NCBI RefSeq assembly: GCF_009914755.1
Contig: NC_060928.1
Strand: one strand, 5' to 3'
DNA: 64,000 nucleotides
From: the human T2T-CHM13v2.0 reference genome, Homo sapiens
Both the position numbers and the translations under genes were made by a program. Below the pieces are notes generated by a model, which was given only the letters and a program-made list of their open reading frames with translations, was not told where the DNA came from and ran no database searches. How positions within the stretch are numbered: position 1 is the stretch's first letter; each line of letters begins with the position of its first letter. Positions 38,851 through 53,369 of the stretch are shown here, piece after piece.

Positions 38851-40042
38851 AGTTCCTGCAGGCTGCCCTGTGATGAGAACGCTGCTCCATTCCCTGCTAG
38901 GCAGCTCCCTGATGCCTGTTCAACTCCTTCCCTGTAGTGAGCTCTTTCCATAATCTAGTAGCAGCTTTCCCCTCCTCATATCTGCCAACATTCACTCTGC
39001 TTCAGACTGGTTCACTAGAGGATTCATTGCTGCTTCCCACCTGTTTTGTCAGTGGTGATTTAATTTTTAAAATCCTTCATCAGAAATGGTGTGATGTAGG
39101 GGTATATTCATCAGTTTTAATCCACCTAGGCAGTGTTTAGTGGCCTGAAGGGGGAATACACAATTTGGGGGTGGTGATGTGGCATCTAATCAAAGCTCTC
39201 TCAGAGGAGAGAGAGCCTATGAGCTCTTCAACTCTCGTTAGCTGTAATCAACACGAGATGCTTTGTCAATTAGCAAAAGGAATGTTAGAAATTAAATTTT
39301 CATTAGTGAAATGAATTGTGTTCAAGATATGTGGATTGGCCAGAAATCTGGACAGCATGTAAGAATCTAGCAGGCCCAAGAGTCTGTACCATTTGGAATG
39401 GTGCCCCTGGCTTGATTCCAGAATGTTGCCTATGGGCCGCCTCATGTTCAGAAATATCTTTTTGCCTAATGCTGAACACAAGATCAGTTGTCCCTGCCTC
39501 TGGAATATGATCACTTTTATCTCTATTGACCCTCTCTTGCCAGTTATGGTCAGGACAACTAAAAATTTAGACAAAGAGCTGGGACTTGACCTCATGAAAC
39601 AGGTTTCTATTTATTTATTTGTCTGCTTGCTAATAAATGTTTATAGGTGTAAAAACTTTCACTTTAAGAGGTATTTTTATTGGAAATTGACAGTGAGATG
39701 GTAGGGAGGCTCTGTAGAGCTGTTACACCTGATAGCTATTACCTGTGGGTGGCTACTGACATCTATTCTAAACTTCCGATAATTACAAATGACCATGCTG
39801 GCTTAATCAGTTTGCTACCACACCCATTCCAAGTTCATTTGTCTTCTTTAAACTCTCTCATAGGTATTGTTTCCTGCTGAGATACTGTTCATTTCATCTA
39901 TATACATCTCACATATCATTTCATTGCCCAGCTTAAAATTCCACACCTCATAAAACCTTTGCTGACTCTTCCAGTATTTTTTGATTATTGTTATGAACTC
40001 TTAAGGTACTTATGTATGGCATGCATTGAAAAAGCTTTTGGT

Positions 40043-40375
<333 letters not shown>

Positions 40376-41159
40376 TCATTATGTGATTTAGACACAGCTT
40401 AACAAGATTTGCATTAACTGGATCCCAGTTGGTTATAATGCTGGTCACAACTGGGAACTATTCCTTTACAATTGGGAGAGCAGTGTTGCTTTTTGCTCTC
40501 TAGCATTTCTGATTTTTCATTGTGTGGTGCTTTGTTTATCATTGCATTCCTTTGTTCTCTTGTTTACCTTTTGAACTTTGCTAGAAGCAAAATTGCAAAA
40601 ATAAAGGTCATGGGTGACAGAGAAAGAAAAAACAGTTATTGACTATGTGGATTAGAGATCAAAGGAGGAGGACTTTACAGCTGCTTTTATCAGTTTTAAT
40701 CCACCAACTTATTGTTTTTAACTTGCAATAACAACATGTACTTACAGGATATTTTGTTTTAAAAATGATGTTTTTTAGTGAAATTCCTGCAGGGTTAATG
40801 GTTTTGCATAGTGAGTCTGAAGTTGTTTAGCTGAACCTGTGTCTCTTTAAATTAATAGTGTTTACACATTTTTTGATATCTTAAGATTTCTTAGGACCTT
40901 ATGTGTGTAATTATAACAGCATATACCACACACCACTGTGATAAAGTATGTAATTGTTTAGTGGTTGAAATATTATTTACTGAATGGGATTTAAAAGTCC
41001 TCAAAGGATGGTAACCTGTTGAACACTTATTTGGATTTTCCTAATGCTTAACACAATCCTAAGCACACAACAGGAGGAGGCAGAAGGAAAGAGGAGGGGA
41101 AGAGATCCAGTATCAAGTGTTGATTGATTAAAGTCAAGCTTTAATGGGCTTTAGTTAAA

Positions 41160-41335
41160 AAGCTCTGAGATTCTTTTCTCAGCTTGGTCTATTCTGCTAT
41201 TAATATTTATGATGGCATTATAAAATTGTTGTATGTTTTTCAGCTCTATCAGGTCAGTTATGTTCTTTTCTATCCTGGCTATTTTGTCTGTCAGCTTCTG
41301 AATTGTTTTATTGTGATTCTTAGCTTCCTTGGATT
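41160..41335 (-). mobile_element. Short L1 ORF1 fragment
   Basis: agctctgagattcttttctcagcttggtctattctgctattaata...ttagcttccttggatt. Confidence 0.65.
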
Positions 41336-41696
41336 AGCATTTTAAGTAAATTCACTGGCAGAGGAAATCAACTTTGTAATTGTTTTTCTAAACATTTTGT
41401 AGACCCAAGAATTCATAGTAACAGACCTCACAGCAACTCGTGTGGACATGCAGAACTTGATAATGCATAGAAAATTTCCTGTAAGACAGACCCAGTTCAA
41501 ACAAGGGATTCAGGTAATAGAATTTCTAAAAAACACAAATGGAGGGAAGGCTTTCCTAGATGTCATAATTACTCTGGGCTCAACCACTTTATTGGAAAAA
41601 GCTAATTTGATTTTTTTACCTGATTTTATAAATAATCATATTGTTCTTACTTGTAGCTTGATGTAATGGGAAAAGAAAGCATAGCTCTAATACTTA

Positions 41697-41829
41697 TGTC
41701 AACAGAAAAAGTCAAATTCTGTAAAGTATTTGAAGAGATTTATTCTGAGCCAAATATGAGTGACCATGGCCCAGGACACAGCCCTCAGAAGATCCTGAGA
41801 ACATGTGCCCAAGGTGGTTGGGATGCAGC

Positions 41830-41868
<39 letters not shown>

Positions 41869-42344
41869 TTATAGGGAGACACGAGATATCAATCAAATAC
41901 ATTTAAGATATACATTGGTTTGGTCCAGAAAAATGGGACAGTTTGAAGCAAGTGGGCTTTCAGGTTATAAGTAGATTTAAAAATTTTCTGATGGCAATTG
42001 GTTGAAACAGTTATTATCTATAGAAAGGACTGTCCAGGTTTTAAGAGGTTGTGAAGACCAAGTTTTTGTGATGCAGATGAAGCTTCCAGGTGGCAGGCTT
42101 CAGAGAGAATAGATTGTAAATGTTTCCTATCAGACTTAAGGTCTATGTTGATGTTAAATGCTGGTCAGATTTTCCTGAATTCCAAAAGGAGGGAGGGCAT
42201 AATTAAATATGTCCAACACTATCCCTTCCAGTAATGGACTGAACCAACCTTTTAGGTTAGCTTTGGAGTGCCCTGGCCCAGAAGAGGAAGTCTATTCAAA
42301 GGGTTGGGGGAGGAGGGAGCTTCAGATTTTATTTTTGGTTTGTA
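41697..42344 (-). mobile_element. MER4A-like ERV1 solo LTR
   Basis: gaagagatttattctgagccaaatatgagtgaccatggccc...tttatttttggtttgta; 4-bp TSD ctta. Confidence 0.85.
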
Positions 42345-42359
42345 CTTACCAGCAGGGTG

Positions 42360-42790
42360 ATGTAAGCTAAACTACTTAATATCTCTGATTTAACTTTCCA
42401 CATTGGTAAAATGGGAAAACTAGTATTCCATAAGTTAATGCATGTGAAAGCACTCAGCACTGGCATATAACTAGTAATCAACAACACTAGATTGCTGGGT
42501 AACAAGCTGAAATTATTAATTCAGAGAGCTTTCCATAAGTTGTATCAGATAACCAATTACTGAATGCTATTTAGAGGCAGTATTATAAGATGAAGAGAGC
42601 AAATTCAATCACTTGCACTTCGTAGCACCTGTGACTGCTACTTAAACTTCATGTACCTCAGTTTCATGGCTTGAAAACTGAAGATGAAAAGTCCTCCCTT
42701 GCAGTGAGATTAAATTATTTGTTATATGAGAAGCATTTACAACAGTTCTTGTCAATGGCAAACACTCAATAAATCTCAGTGAGTATTAAA
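42360..42790 (+). mobile_element. Two MIR fragments
   Basis: ctacttaa...tttcc...taaaatggg and cttaaacttcatgtacctcagtttc...aaacactcaataaa. Confidence 0.55.
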
Positions 42791-43636
42791 TTACATATAA
42801 AGGTTATGCTAGGAGTTGTAAAGAATAATAACACTCAAAGATGAATGTGATTCAATTCTTTTTTCAAAGACTTTATAATATATTGCATACGGTGGAAGGC
42901 CTCATTCTATGTTAATGAATTAGCATTGCATGCAAAACCACCCTTACCTGATTCCAAAATACCTTCCCATTCTCTTCTACTCCTACATTTTCCATTGCCT
43001 CCTACATTCCTTGAAAATAATAACAGAATGACACACGTCTTTCAGAATTGTCCTGCACAACTCCTAGTAATTTGCAATAAAAAACTTTTAAAAGTTCTCT
43101 GTGAGCAGGAAAATAACACGGTCCATTTTGTGCTTAGGGAGCAAAGCAAATCTCTGTGCACAGAGGATATGAGAGGTTGGAGGAAAGAAGAGCAGTTAGA
43201 ACACATCCTAGTTGTCTCAGTGGGCAGACGTTGTTAGTTGCCTGCCCACACTTTGTTTTTGCTAATAGAACTTTGATTTTGTTCAGATAGTTGGTAGTCT
43301 GAGGTGAATCAGGAAATGTTGGCTTGTGATTGGTTTAGGGAATAGTACTACAACCTACTTACGGCCAAGGAGACATAGGAGAGGTTTGCTCGGTAGGACT
43401 CCTGGAAATTGTTTCCTAGCCCAGAGAAAAAGATTCATTTGAGGAAGTGCCTCTTTTATGTTTTGAGGTTGCTATCCATATGTGGTTCCTGGAACTGTCC
43501 TGTGATCATGAGGGGAGTCAGCAAGGATAACAAGCTGAGGTGCTGATTGATGTATCTGTGTGTGAATATTACTTATTCCCAGAATGAGACAGAGCTCGTC
43601 AACAATTCTATTTATATTATTCACTCTTGCAGATTT

Positions 43637-44715
43637 TATTGGGGGAACCAGCCCCCAATATTTCAACATAGGTTCTTTTCTATTTTCCCTAAGTGTTGGC
43701 CAGTCTGAGAAATAAAGGGAAAGAGTACAAAAGAGAGAAAATTTTAAAGCTGGGTGTCTGGGGGTGACATCACATGTCCGCAGGTTCCGTGATGCCCCTG
43801 AGCTGCAAAACCAGCAAGTTTTTATTATGGATTTCAAAAGGGGATGGGTGTACAAATAGTGTGTGGGTCACAGAGATCACATGCTTCAAGGTCAATAAAA
43901 TTTCACAAGGGAAATGGGGGCAGAGTGAGATCACAGGCCCAGGGTGAAATTAGAATTGCTGATGAAGTTTCATGTCCCAGTGGGCATGCATTGTCACTGA
44001 TAACATCTTATCAGGAGACAGGGTTTGAGAGCAGACAACCGGTCTGACTAAAATTTACTAGGCAGGAATTTCCTAATCCTGATAAGCCTGGGGGCGCTAC
44101 AGGAGACTGGGGCTTATTTCATCCCTTATCTACAACTGTATAAGACTGACACTCCCAGAGCAGCCATTTTAGAGACCTCCCCCTGGGAATGCATTCTCTT
44201 TCTCAGGGTTGTTTCTTGCTGAGAAAAAGAATTCAGTGATATTTCTCCTATTCGCTTTTGTAAGAAGAGAAATATGACTGTTCTGTCCGGCACTGCAGGC
44301 AGTCAGGCCCAATGGTTATATCCCTTGTTCCCTGAAAATCACAGCCATCCTGTTCCTTTTGGATGCCCAGATTTCAGTGTTCAAACACACATACTCTACA
44401 AACAATTTGTGCAGATAACGCAATCATCACGGGATCCTGAGGCGACACACATCCTCAGTTTACGAAGATGACAGGATTAAGAGATTAAGGTAAAGACAGG
44501 CATAGCAAATTGTAAGAGTATTGATTGGGGAAGTGATAAATGTCCATGAAATCTTCACAATTTATGTTCAGAGATTGCAGTAAAGACAGGTGTAAGAAAT
44601 TATAAAAGTATTAATTTGGGGAACTAATAAATGTCCATGAAATCTTCACAATTTATGTTCTTCTGCCATGGCTTCAGCCGGTCCCTCTGTTCGGGGTCCC
44701 TGACTTCCTGCAACA
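43637..44715 (-). mobile_element. MER11 solo LTR (HERV-K11/HML-8)
   Basis: Minus strand tgttgcaggaagtcagggaccccgaacagagggaccggctgaagccatggcagaagaacataaattgtgaag; perfect 6-bp TSD agattt. Confidence 0.93.
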
Positions 44716-45073
44716 AGATTTAGATGCTGAGAAACTTTTTTACCTAAATAACTAAAAGGGAATGAAAGAAGTTTTGTTTTATTAGTGTCTTATTTTTTTG
44801 AATTCCTTTTGGATTATTGCTCTAATATAAAAAATGTATTTTGATGATCTATCAGCTGACATTCGGTCCTCCTTTAATTCTATTGAAAGTGAAAAACATA
44901 GTTATCTAAATATCATAACAACAAAAAAGATTTAAAGATTTGTAATGCAGTCAGTAGAGCCATTCACTTTCTCAACTGAGAACTGATATTTCTAACTGTC
45001 CCTTTGTTCGGTATGCAAAGGTTTTTAACATCCCAAGCCTGGGGTACCATTACAAATTCTGATGAGTAAAGAA

Positions 45074-45074
<1 letters not shown>

Positions 45075-45111
<37 letters not shown>
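45075..45111. repeat. (TG)18 microsatellite
   Basis: Direct reading. Confidence 0.95.
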
Positions 45112-45113
<2 letters not shown>

Positions 45114-45764
45114 CCCCTTCTTTTGGGGGTGGAAGAGAGATTCTGAAGAAAGGAATGATGATGGGAGAGAAAAACCAGAATTAGGTCTGAAATTCAGGCA
45201 TGTCTTAAGGCAGGTATGTTTTAGGAAAAAAACTACATAAAGACATAAAACACCTTGACACTGATCTCATGGTATTAAGCCTGTTCCAGTACTCCTTGAA
45301 ATGTCTCACATACTCCAGGATTATAAAGATGATGAGGCCAACAACTTCTAGAATGAAAATTGTAAAAGATAATACTGAAAGAGTCTGTTGAGACTCAGCC
45401 CTGTGGCAAAGATGAGATTAGGAGCAGTGAGCCTCATGTTAGCCTACATTAAATTGAAAAAGAGAGAGTCTTGCTGGAGAGAGAAAGCAAGAAAATACAA
45501 CACACTCTGAGAATTCTGTCTAGGAAACAGCATTGAGTGTGGTTATTGGCACATGGCTATGACTGGAAATAAGTAGTCCAGAAGGCATTGGAAGAAATGA
45601 TATTGCAAATGTCAGGAGCCTTTTAACAACTCTCAGCCTCCCAAACTTAAATGAGTAGGAAGCAGTCACAAAAGCCATATGACCCTAAAGAAGACATACT
45701 TCTCGACACCCACTTCAGATGTGGCCATTGAGGACAATGTACAGAGAAGAATCATCCAAAATGT

Positions 45765-46211
45765 TATGAAAGAAAAATAAAATCTTAGGACCCCAATTCA
45801 TGCTGCTAAAAGGAAAAAATTAATCTGAAAGCTGACTTATGCAAGAAACTGCCTTTCCTTTCATTCCTAAGCAGATAGCTATAGATAAAAAGTTAAAAAA
45901 TATCCACAGGTAGTACATATGTACACATTATCTTATGTAAAGTGCTGATTTACTGAGTACAAGACAAATACATAATTGGACTATTGTTCTACCTACTCCT
46001 CTTCTCTTGCAACATGTGAATTCAGTAATGTGAGCATACATTCCCTCTTTCCTTTTCAGCCTGCTTTTCCCCTTTAAATATTATAGCTCTCAAAATAATC
46101 TTTGGAAAAAGACATGGACCACATATTCCTTTTTTCTAGGCATGTTGTTAACCTTGGCTAAATAAACCTCTCAATTGACTGAGACCTGTCTCAGATACTT
46201 TTTGGTTTACA
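45765..46211 (+). mobile_element. MER4-group ERV1 solo LTR (MER83/84/87-like)
   Basis: tatgaaagaaaaataaaatcttaggacccc...aataaacctctcaattgactgagacctgtctcagatactttttggtttaca; flanks atgt/aggt. Confidence 0.7.
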
Positions 46212-46724
46212 AGGTCAAGCCAGGGACATAGAGAACAATGGGCAAGGGAACTTCCTCCAGAGAGAAGAATCAGTACCTGATTAAGGAAATCCCCCAGCTT
46301 CCAGGATAGAGCTTCCTCAAAATTCCTGTCTGGAAGAATTACAGCATTGTTATGGACCAGTGACTATTTATCATTTTTCCAATGGAAATCTTTATTGCAG
46401 TTACTGTGTGTTGAGGGGGACAGACGACAACTTATATTTTTAGGTTATAAGTCACTGAACTATAAAAAGACACCCCTATACATGATGGAGGGGAACATGC
46501 ATCACCCAAAGACCCTGGTATTGGAGCTAGAGGCAGTACCTGGATGGGACATTGGCTTCTATCCCTCTAGGAGGGGCTAACTGTGTTTCTTGTGTGGAAA
46601 GAAGAGTGGAATGGATATTTAATGAGCAGAAGGTTGGGCTGTGCCAGAGCCTGAGTAGCCATTTACTAAGCCTATTCCCTCTTTTTCTCCTGAGACTACA
46701 GATAGGTTGTATTTCCTGGCCTTC

Positions 46725-47098
46725 TGCTATGGAATGAATTATATCCCCTCCAAATTCCTCTGTTGAAGTTGAAACCCACAATGTGACTGCATCTGGAGAT
46801 AGGTTCTTCAAGAGACAATTAAGGTTAAATGAGGATATAAGGTGGGGACCTAATCTGATAGGGCTGTGGTCTTGCAAGAAGAGGAAGAGAGAGAGATCTT
46901 GCTCCTCTTTTTCTCTTCCATGTGAGGACACAGTAAAAAGGAGGTCATCTTCAAGCCAAGAAAAGAGCCCTCACCTGGAACCAAATTGACTGGCACCTTG
47001 ATCTTGGACTTTCTAGCACCAGAACTCTGATAAACTTCTGTTGTTTTGGCCACCCAGACTATAGTATTTTGTTATGGAAGCCCAAGCAGACTAAGAAA
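46725..47098 (+). mobile_element. MLT1A/B-like MaLR solo LTR
   Basis: tgctatggaatgaattatatcccctcc...tagtattttgttatggaagcccaagcagactaaga. Confidence 0.8.
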
Positions 47099-47099
47099 C

Positions 47100-47709
47100 T
47101 GTAAGGTACAAGGAAGTGCTTCGGTGAAGAATTAGGCTGAGGCAGACATCCAGGCCTGCATGACTCAGCGGGATTGGAGTGCAGGCATAAACCTTCACTT
47201 GCTATATAATCTGTTTGTGTAAGCTCATACTTGGCTCTATGCCACTATTGTCTGTAAAACATATAATTGCCTTGCTGACACTGTACAGGTGTTGCTGGTG
47301 CCCAGAGAGAAAATGTGAAGCTGCTGACCCCTTTGAGGCAGAGCTGTTCATCTCGCAGATGGACATGGGGGGCAGGAGCCAGAAACCAGCAAGTGCGCCC
47401 AGAGGGAAAGAGTTAAGCTGCTGAGCGGGGCTGTGTGTAGAGACAGTAAAGCCACGGAACCTGTAGGGAGAGCTGGCTGTGCAGCTGTGCATGGGAGCAG
47501 CAGGGGCTGCAGAACCAGCTGCTGAGAGGAGCCACAGAGTCGGAGCAGACAGTTGAGATAAAGGTGGATAGTGTGAGAGAGCTGCTGATGAGAGAGCTGC
47601 TGAATAAAAACATATTTCACCTGCCTACGGCCCCCCCAAGTGTTCTTTCAGCTATTTACCACTCATCCACCCACTCCTCTCAGGCGTCAGCTGGGGCTGG
47701 AACCTAACA
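47100..47709 (+). mobile_element. LTR18-like ERVL solo LTR
   Basis: tgtaaggtacaagg...ggcagacatccaggcctgcatgactcagc; gagagctgctgaataaaa near the end; ends aacctaaca. Confidence 0.75.
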
Positions 47710-50700
47710 CACACCTTCCTTAGATGTGGTCATATGAATGAGTTCTAGTTAATAGTCTATGAACAGAAGTGCTGTGTGCATCATTTTCAGCATTGACCAA
47801 AGAATCAAAAATAAATCAAAATTAAAATTTTGTCTTATTTTCCATTCTCTTTTTTCTTCTAATGGCTCCATGAAGACATACTCAATTACCTTAAAAGCCA
47901 AGTGTTAAAGATGACAAAGTCATAATACAAAAGGTGCTTGAGTCTCTGAGTCACTACTGGCAGAGAGCAGTCCATTGATTAGGACCACTATTTTGGACTT
48001 ACATGTGCAAGCAATAACTTTCATTGTGTCAAGCCACTAAGATTTTCAGAGGTCATTTATTACAGCTGTTGGCATAATCCTGATAAAATAGGAATGTCAC
48101 CAGATAACGCAGGGGGAAAAGGGACAAATTTTTTTTGGGGGAGAAATATATTGGTTCAATGTTTTTGATGTCCCAACAGGCAGCTGGGAATTCAGATCAG
48201 GATCTCCAGAGAGAACAAAATGAGAAGGACACAAACTTAAAGAATGTCTACTTTTAAGGAGTTAGAAAATTAGGGAGACCCAACCAGAGAGATTGAGGAG
48301 AAACAGAGAGATGAGAAAAAAGCCCAACCAATTAAAGCACTTTAGGAGATGAGGAGGGAAAGAGATTCAGGTGAGAGGTGAATAATACGTCAGTTCCCAG
48401 GGGGATGAGGATGAATTTGCAGAGAAATGAATCTGTAGGTGAAGCCCTTGCTCTGAGAAGCTTGACAACGGAAGAAATGATGCATAGGGAGCAGCAACTT
48501 GAGGAAAAAGGACTGCCAAGGATTTGCTTGTTTATTCTTGTTTGTTATGGCAGAGAATACTTGGGGATATTTATTTATCAGGAAGAAAGAATTATTGGTG
48601 GGGACAGGGGATTGAAATTTTGAGGGAGAAAAGGATTCACAGAGAAAAACAGATTCTTGAGGAGACAGAATTGCCTGCACAATTTCTAGTGAATACTTCC
48701 TTAATGGATTTGGAGCCTCTCAGCTTTCACATTTGCAGAAAGGTAAATTTCATCCTATTTATCTTTCTTTAATTTTTTTCTAACTCATTCAAATTGGAAC
48801 AGATGGATCTTCCCTTGCTTCTTTTTCTAAGCAAATAATGAGTTGCTATGAGTCAAAAAATATTTTGTACGTATATTTCTTACTAACTAGCATTATTTCT
48901 TGTTTTATCTTATTTGAGGCTTATAAATTACTTTGACTAACTCTGGATTTAGAAGACTGTGAATTTAAATCTGGAGCTTCACTTTATATCTTTCAAAATA
49001 TGAGTAGTATAACTTGTTCCTCTATGTCCAGATTTTTGGATCTTTATCTGCTTTTTTATTGTTCACAGGTCAGAGAAAGAATGACTGTAACACCTACTGT
49101 CTATTGGAAAGAGAAGGAGAGCAGGAGAGAGTGATGGCAGAAAGAGGAGCGAGAGAGAGAGTGAGCGAGCTATAGAACTTCCGGACATTTCAACTTTATT
49201 ATTTCAAGTGTAACACCAATTGTTGAGGAGAAAATTAGCATGCAGTGGCTTGGGGTCAATCAGGCCTATCTTGAATTATCTGTTTCTGTAAAAATGAGGG
49301 GAAAATGAGATGTAGGTCTCTGTGAGGATTAGGAGTGGAAATTACGTAAGATAACATAAACATTGTATGTGAAACTTCTTAATAGCAGAGTACATTGTAG
49401 GGGGATCAATAGGCATTGATTTGTAGATATTAATAGATACTTTTTCATAATTTTAAACTCTGTTTTTCTAAGTCCATGATTAAAAATATTTTCCAGCATA
49501 TTAACTACTGCCTTTTATTCCTAATGTCCTTTGAAAAATGATTGGTCATTGAAATAAATGTACTAATATCTCTAACTTCTGGTCTGAAGATATGCTTAAA
49601 ATAAATCCCATGTTGTAAGAAGAGTCTTAATACTTCAGTGAATCAGCACCTTTAGAAGTCATGATAGGGGAACAATGAACTATCAATAATTTACTTAACA
49701 TTTAACTGTCTGGTTTTTTTCTTTAAAAAAAAAATAGCCTAACTTTGATAGTTATCTGATAGCTATTTATTATGATAATCAAATTGAACCAATTTAGCTT
49801 CACAATGCTAGAATTCAATCTTACAAAATGATAGAATGCTTGTTTATGGGATCAATAGGTTTTCACATGATTGAGTCTTAACGTAAAGATTAGATATAAA
49901 TTTTCAAAATGCCTTTTAATCTTTGCAGTTAGATACATATCTATCTCCATCTCCATCTTCATCTCTATCTTTACATGTAGGTCTTCCTATTATAGATCTC
50001 ACATATATCTGTGGCATTAATATAGGAGATATGACCTAGCAACTTTCAGAAAATGGAAATGTTAGCAGAGAATTGTATTTAAAACAAAAACAAGCTAACA
50101 TTAACCTTTTCAGAATGATATATATTTTTTTGGTGAGAAATAAAACAAAACAAGAGAAATGAACACATCACTAAAATTTAATTTCATCAAAGACATACGG
50201 GCAAAGACCAAATTCATGATCAATTCAGTTGTTTTCTTTGCATTAGGAATATGCCCACTTGAAAAGGAGATTTAAATGGACTACTTTAGTTTAAAACAAA
50301 AGCAATATCTGGCACAAATCTATTTTTCAACATTTCCATGTGAAAATTTTCTGCTAAGTTGCACTCTAATAAATATTCAAAGGATTTAGGATTCATTTAG
50401 CATTAGGAAGCTCACTTATTTTTTTATTTTTTTAATATCTTGAAGCATTTCTGTTTCAGTTTTGAAAGCAACAGCTGTGTATTTTCTCCCTAGATACTCA
50501 CTTTAATGATTCCCTGGACACCCACCCTAATGAAGATACTAAGTCTCTCTAGGATTCTCGTTTCTTCACTTGACCTCCTTCTGATGTTTAATGACTCATA
50601 AGACATAGTTTGGTGATATACCTAAATAAGCATATTATCAAGGGGTGATATTTGGATGGCTTTTGAAAGGACACTGAAACCAAGATATATTTATAGTGAA

Positions 50701-53059
50701 GGCACCCTTGGGAAGCCCAGGCATTTAAATCTCTGTGAACATTGTTAAGTCTCCTTTTTTCATTTCAAGTTGTAGTTGTAGAACCAGGTGAAATCATTCA
50801 ACCCAATACTTTGATGGAACTAGCCTTCCTGGGAAAGAGTTCAGGACAGATGATCACAATTCCTTTGAAGTCCTACAGATAAGCTGTGCAAGTTTTCCTA
50901 GATTTCCTTACATCCTGCATTTGGTTCTGAATCTTGACACCATGATCAGAGTAAGAGAGAAATGACAACTTGAGTGAAGTTATTTGCAAAATCTAAAATG
51001 AGTGATGGAATGATATTTAAAAGTATCTGTATTTACAAGAAATACTTCCAAATTACTGAGAAGCAGAGAAAAAAAAGAATGTTAATGGGCAATTAAGAGA
51101 AGATGAAACTGAAAAGAGAAATTCTTACACAGATCCACAAAGGAACATGTTTACAGATGTTCACTATAGCAGCATTTATGATAGCAGGGAGCTGAAGGTA
51201 ATCTAGTATGCATTCGGGGGATGGGGTGGATAGATGGATAATCAAAAACTTGGAGCTTCCCACTAGGAACTACTATGCTACAGTTTGAAGCTAGATTTTC
51301 ATATAGCAACATGAATTGATGGTAATAACAGAATTCTTTGAAAAAATATGTAAGAATCAGGATACAATTGTACCTTAAGACCATTTATGAACACTTAAAA
51401 TATATATGCATGGAGCAACACTACATGTTTTGCAAGAGGTGGAACAGGAAGAATGTAAATAGTTAATAATTATACACAGCATCTCTGAAGCTTTCCTAAA
51501 ATAGGGTTACAGGACTGTGTTGGTTGTATTCCAGCTCTTGGTGGAGAAGTGAAATTTGATGCCATATTGGAATACAGCTCCTCACCAGCTAAGCTGGAAA
51601 TGAAAATAATTGTGTTTTCCTCAATTATCTGAAATTGAAATGTTATGGCATGAAATCTACCTTTGTGACAAGAAGTATAGAAACCCAAAAACATTCCTGG
51701 TAAAAATATGGGTGATGTCAGTGGTGGCCACAATGGCATTGTAAGTAGAGGACCCTAACTCTGTGGTTACTCTAGTCAGTCATACACAGTGCTAGCTGAT
51801 AACTCCGTAGCCATTTCATTAAGCCCTGGACAAATTGGAGAAGTACAACAAATAGCTTTTAAGAAATTCTTCCAGGTTATCACTTCAGATTTTATTCTCC
51901 AAAACTTACTGAGCATGGAATTCCCTTGGGGATTTAGAAGCATTAAATGGTACTGTAGGCCAGGTCCTAATTCAGGGGGCCCAGTTTTTTACTGTCACAA
52001 ATCTACCAGTAGACAAGTTATAGGGTGAGACCATCCTCTCCATATACCACTTAGGCAAACACGTCAAAAACCTGGTACTGCTTCTCATAACTGCTTTGGC
52101 TAAAAATTAAAAATATCACAATCTGTATCTTATATCATGATTCTATTACCAATACTGCCAATACCATTCTCTTCCATCCTTTCTTACTGGACAAGTCCAT
52201 TATCTTTAAGGAGATAGGGAAGGAGGAAGGTTTTCCCATCATCACATGTCAGGTCTGTGATTGGCTAGTACCCAGTTTGCAGCAGAGTTTTATTAGGTTG
52301 TCCCATTTTGTAGAGGGTTCTTTATAAAGCATAAAAATGGAGATACATCTAACTTTTTCCCAGTGTTATCAGAATTTCAAAGCCGACATTATCATGTCAA
52401 ACTGCTTTTAGATGTCTCTGATAGATAGCCAATCTTATCAATTTCTTGGGGGCATGAGTATTAAAATAGACTTCTTATGAGCCTACAATCTGGTCTTGTA
52501 GATGTTCCTCAATCAATTCTAATATTTTATGGTGTCACTAGGCATGTGAAAAGATTAGTAAACTCGAAAACACAGCACGAGAGATTATTCAAAAGTACAC
52601 AGAGAAGATAGGATTAAAAAAAAAGAAAAAGAACCACACATCGGAAAAATTCAGTTGTCCTAATGTATATAATGACAGTGAAGAAATATCTTTAAAATAT
52701 TGAAAGAAAACATCTGTCAACCTAGAATTCTATAACCAAGAAGAATATCTGCAAAAACAAACGAAATGAAGTTTAAAATCCCCTCCTTTAGCCTTTCTCT
52801 TTCTCATGACTTCCTGTTTCACGGACTCTCTGTCAATTAGCATATGCAAATAGGTACTTGGGTGTATCAACTTTGATATTCACTTAACAACAACATCCAA
52901 CCTGGAAGTGCTGCCATATGAGTTATCCCCGCAGAACTTAATTGGGTGTTTACTTAATTTTTATTTGCATAACCAAAAGAGCCTACTGTTGTAGTGCTTC
53001 TCCAAACAAAAAGAGAGTATGCTCCAAAGGCAAATTCCAGTCTCTATTTTAGAAGCTAG

Positions 53060-53303
53060 TGAGGCTTAGGCAGGTGATCACTTGAGCCCAGCAGTTTGAG
53101 AGCAGCCTGGGCAACAAGGTGAAATAGTCTCTACAAAAAAATACAAAAATTAACTGGGCGTGGTGGTGTGCACTTGTAATTCCAGCTACCTTAGAGGCTG
53201 ACGTGAGAGAATTGCTTGAGCCTAGGAGGCAGAGGTTGCAGTGAGCCAAGATTATGTCACAGCACTCCAGCCTGGATGACAGAATGAGACCCTGTCTCAA
53301 AAA
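53060..53303 (+). mobile_element. 5'-truncated Alu (AluJ/S)
   Basis: gatcacttgagccca...gagaccctgtctcaaaa. Confidence 0.85.
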
Positions 53304-53369
53304 GTATATATATGCTAGCAAGTATATTCTTTGGTTAGAAATGTTTCTAAGATCAAAGTCTTTAAAAAA

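Noticed and set aside
44470-44660. Direct repeats (aaatgtccatgaaatcttcacaatttatgttc) resembling an array
   Set aside because: These are the intrinsic tandem repeats of MER11 LTRs; only two units, not CRISPR-like.
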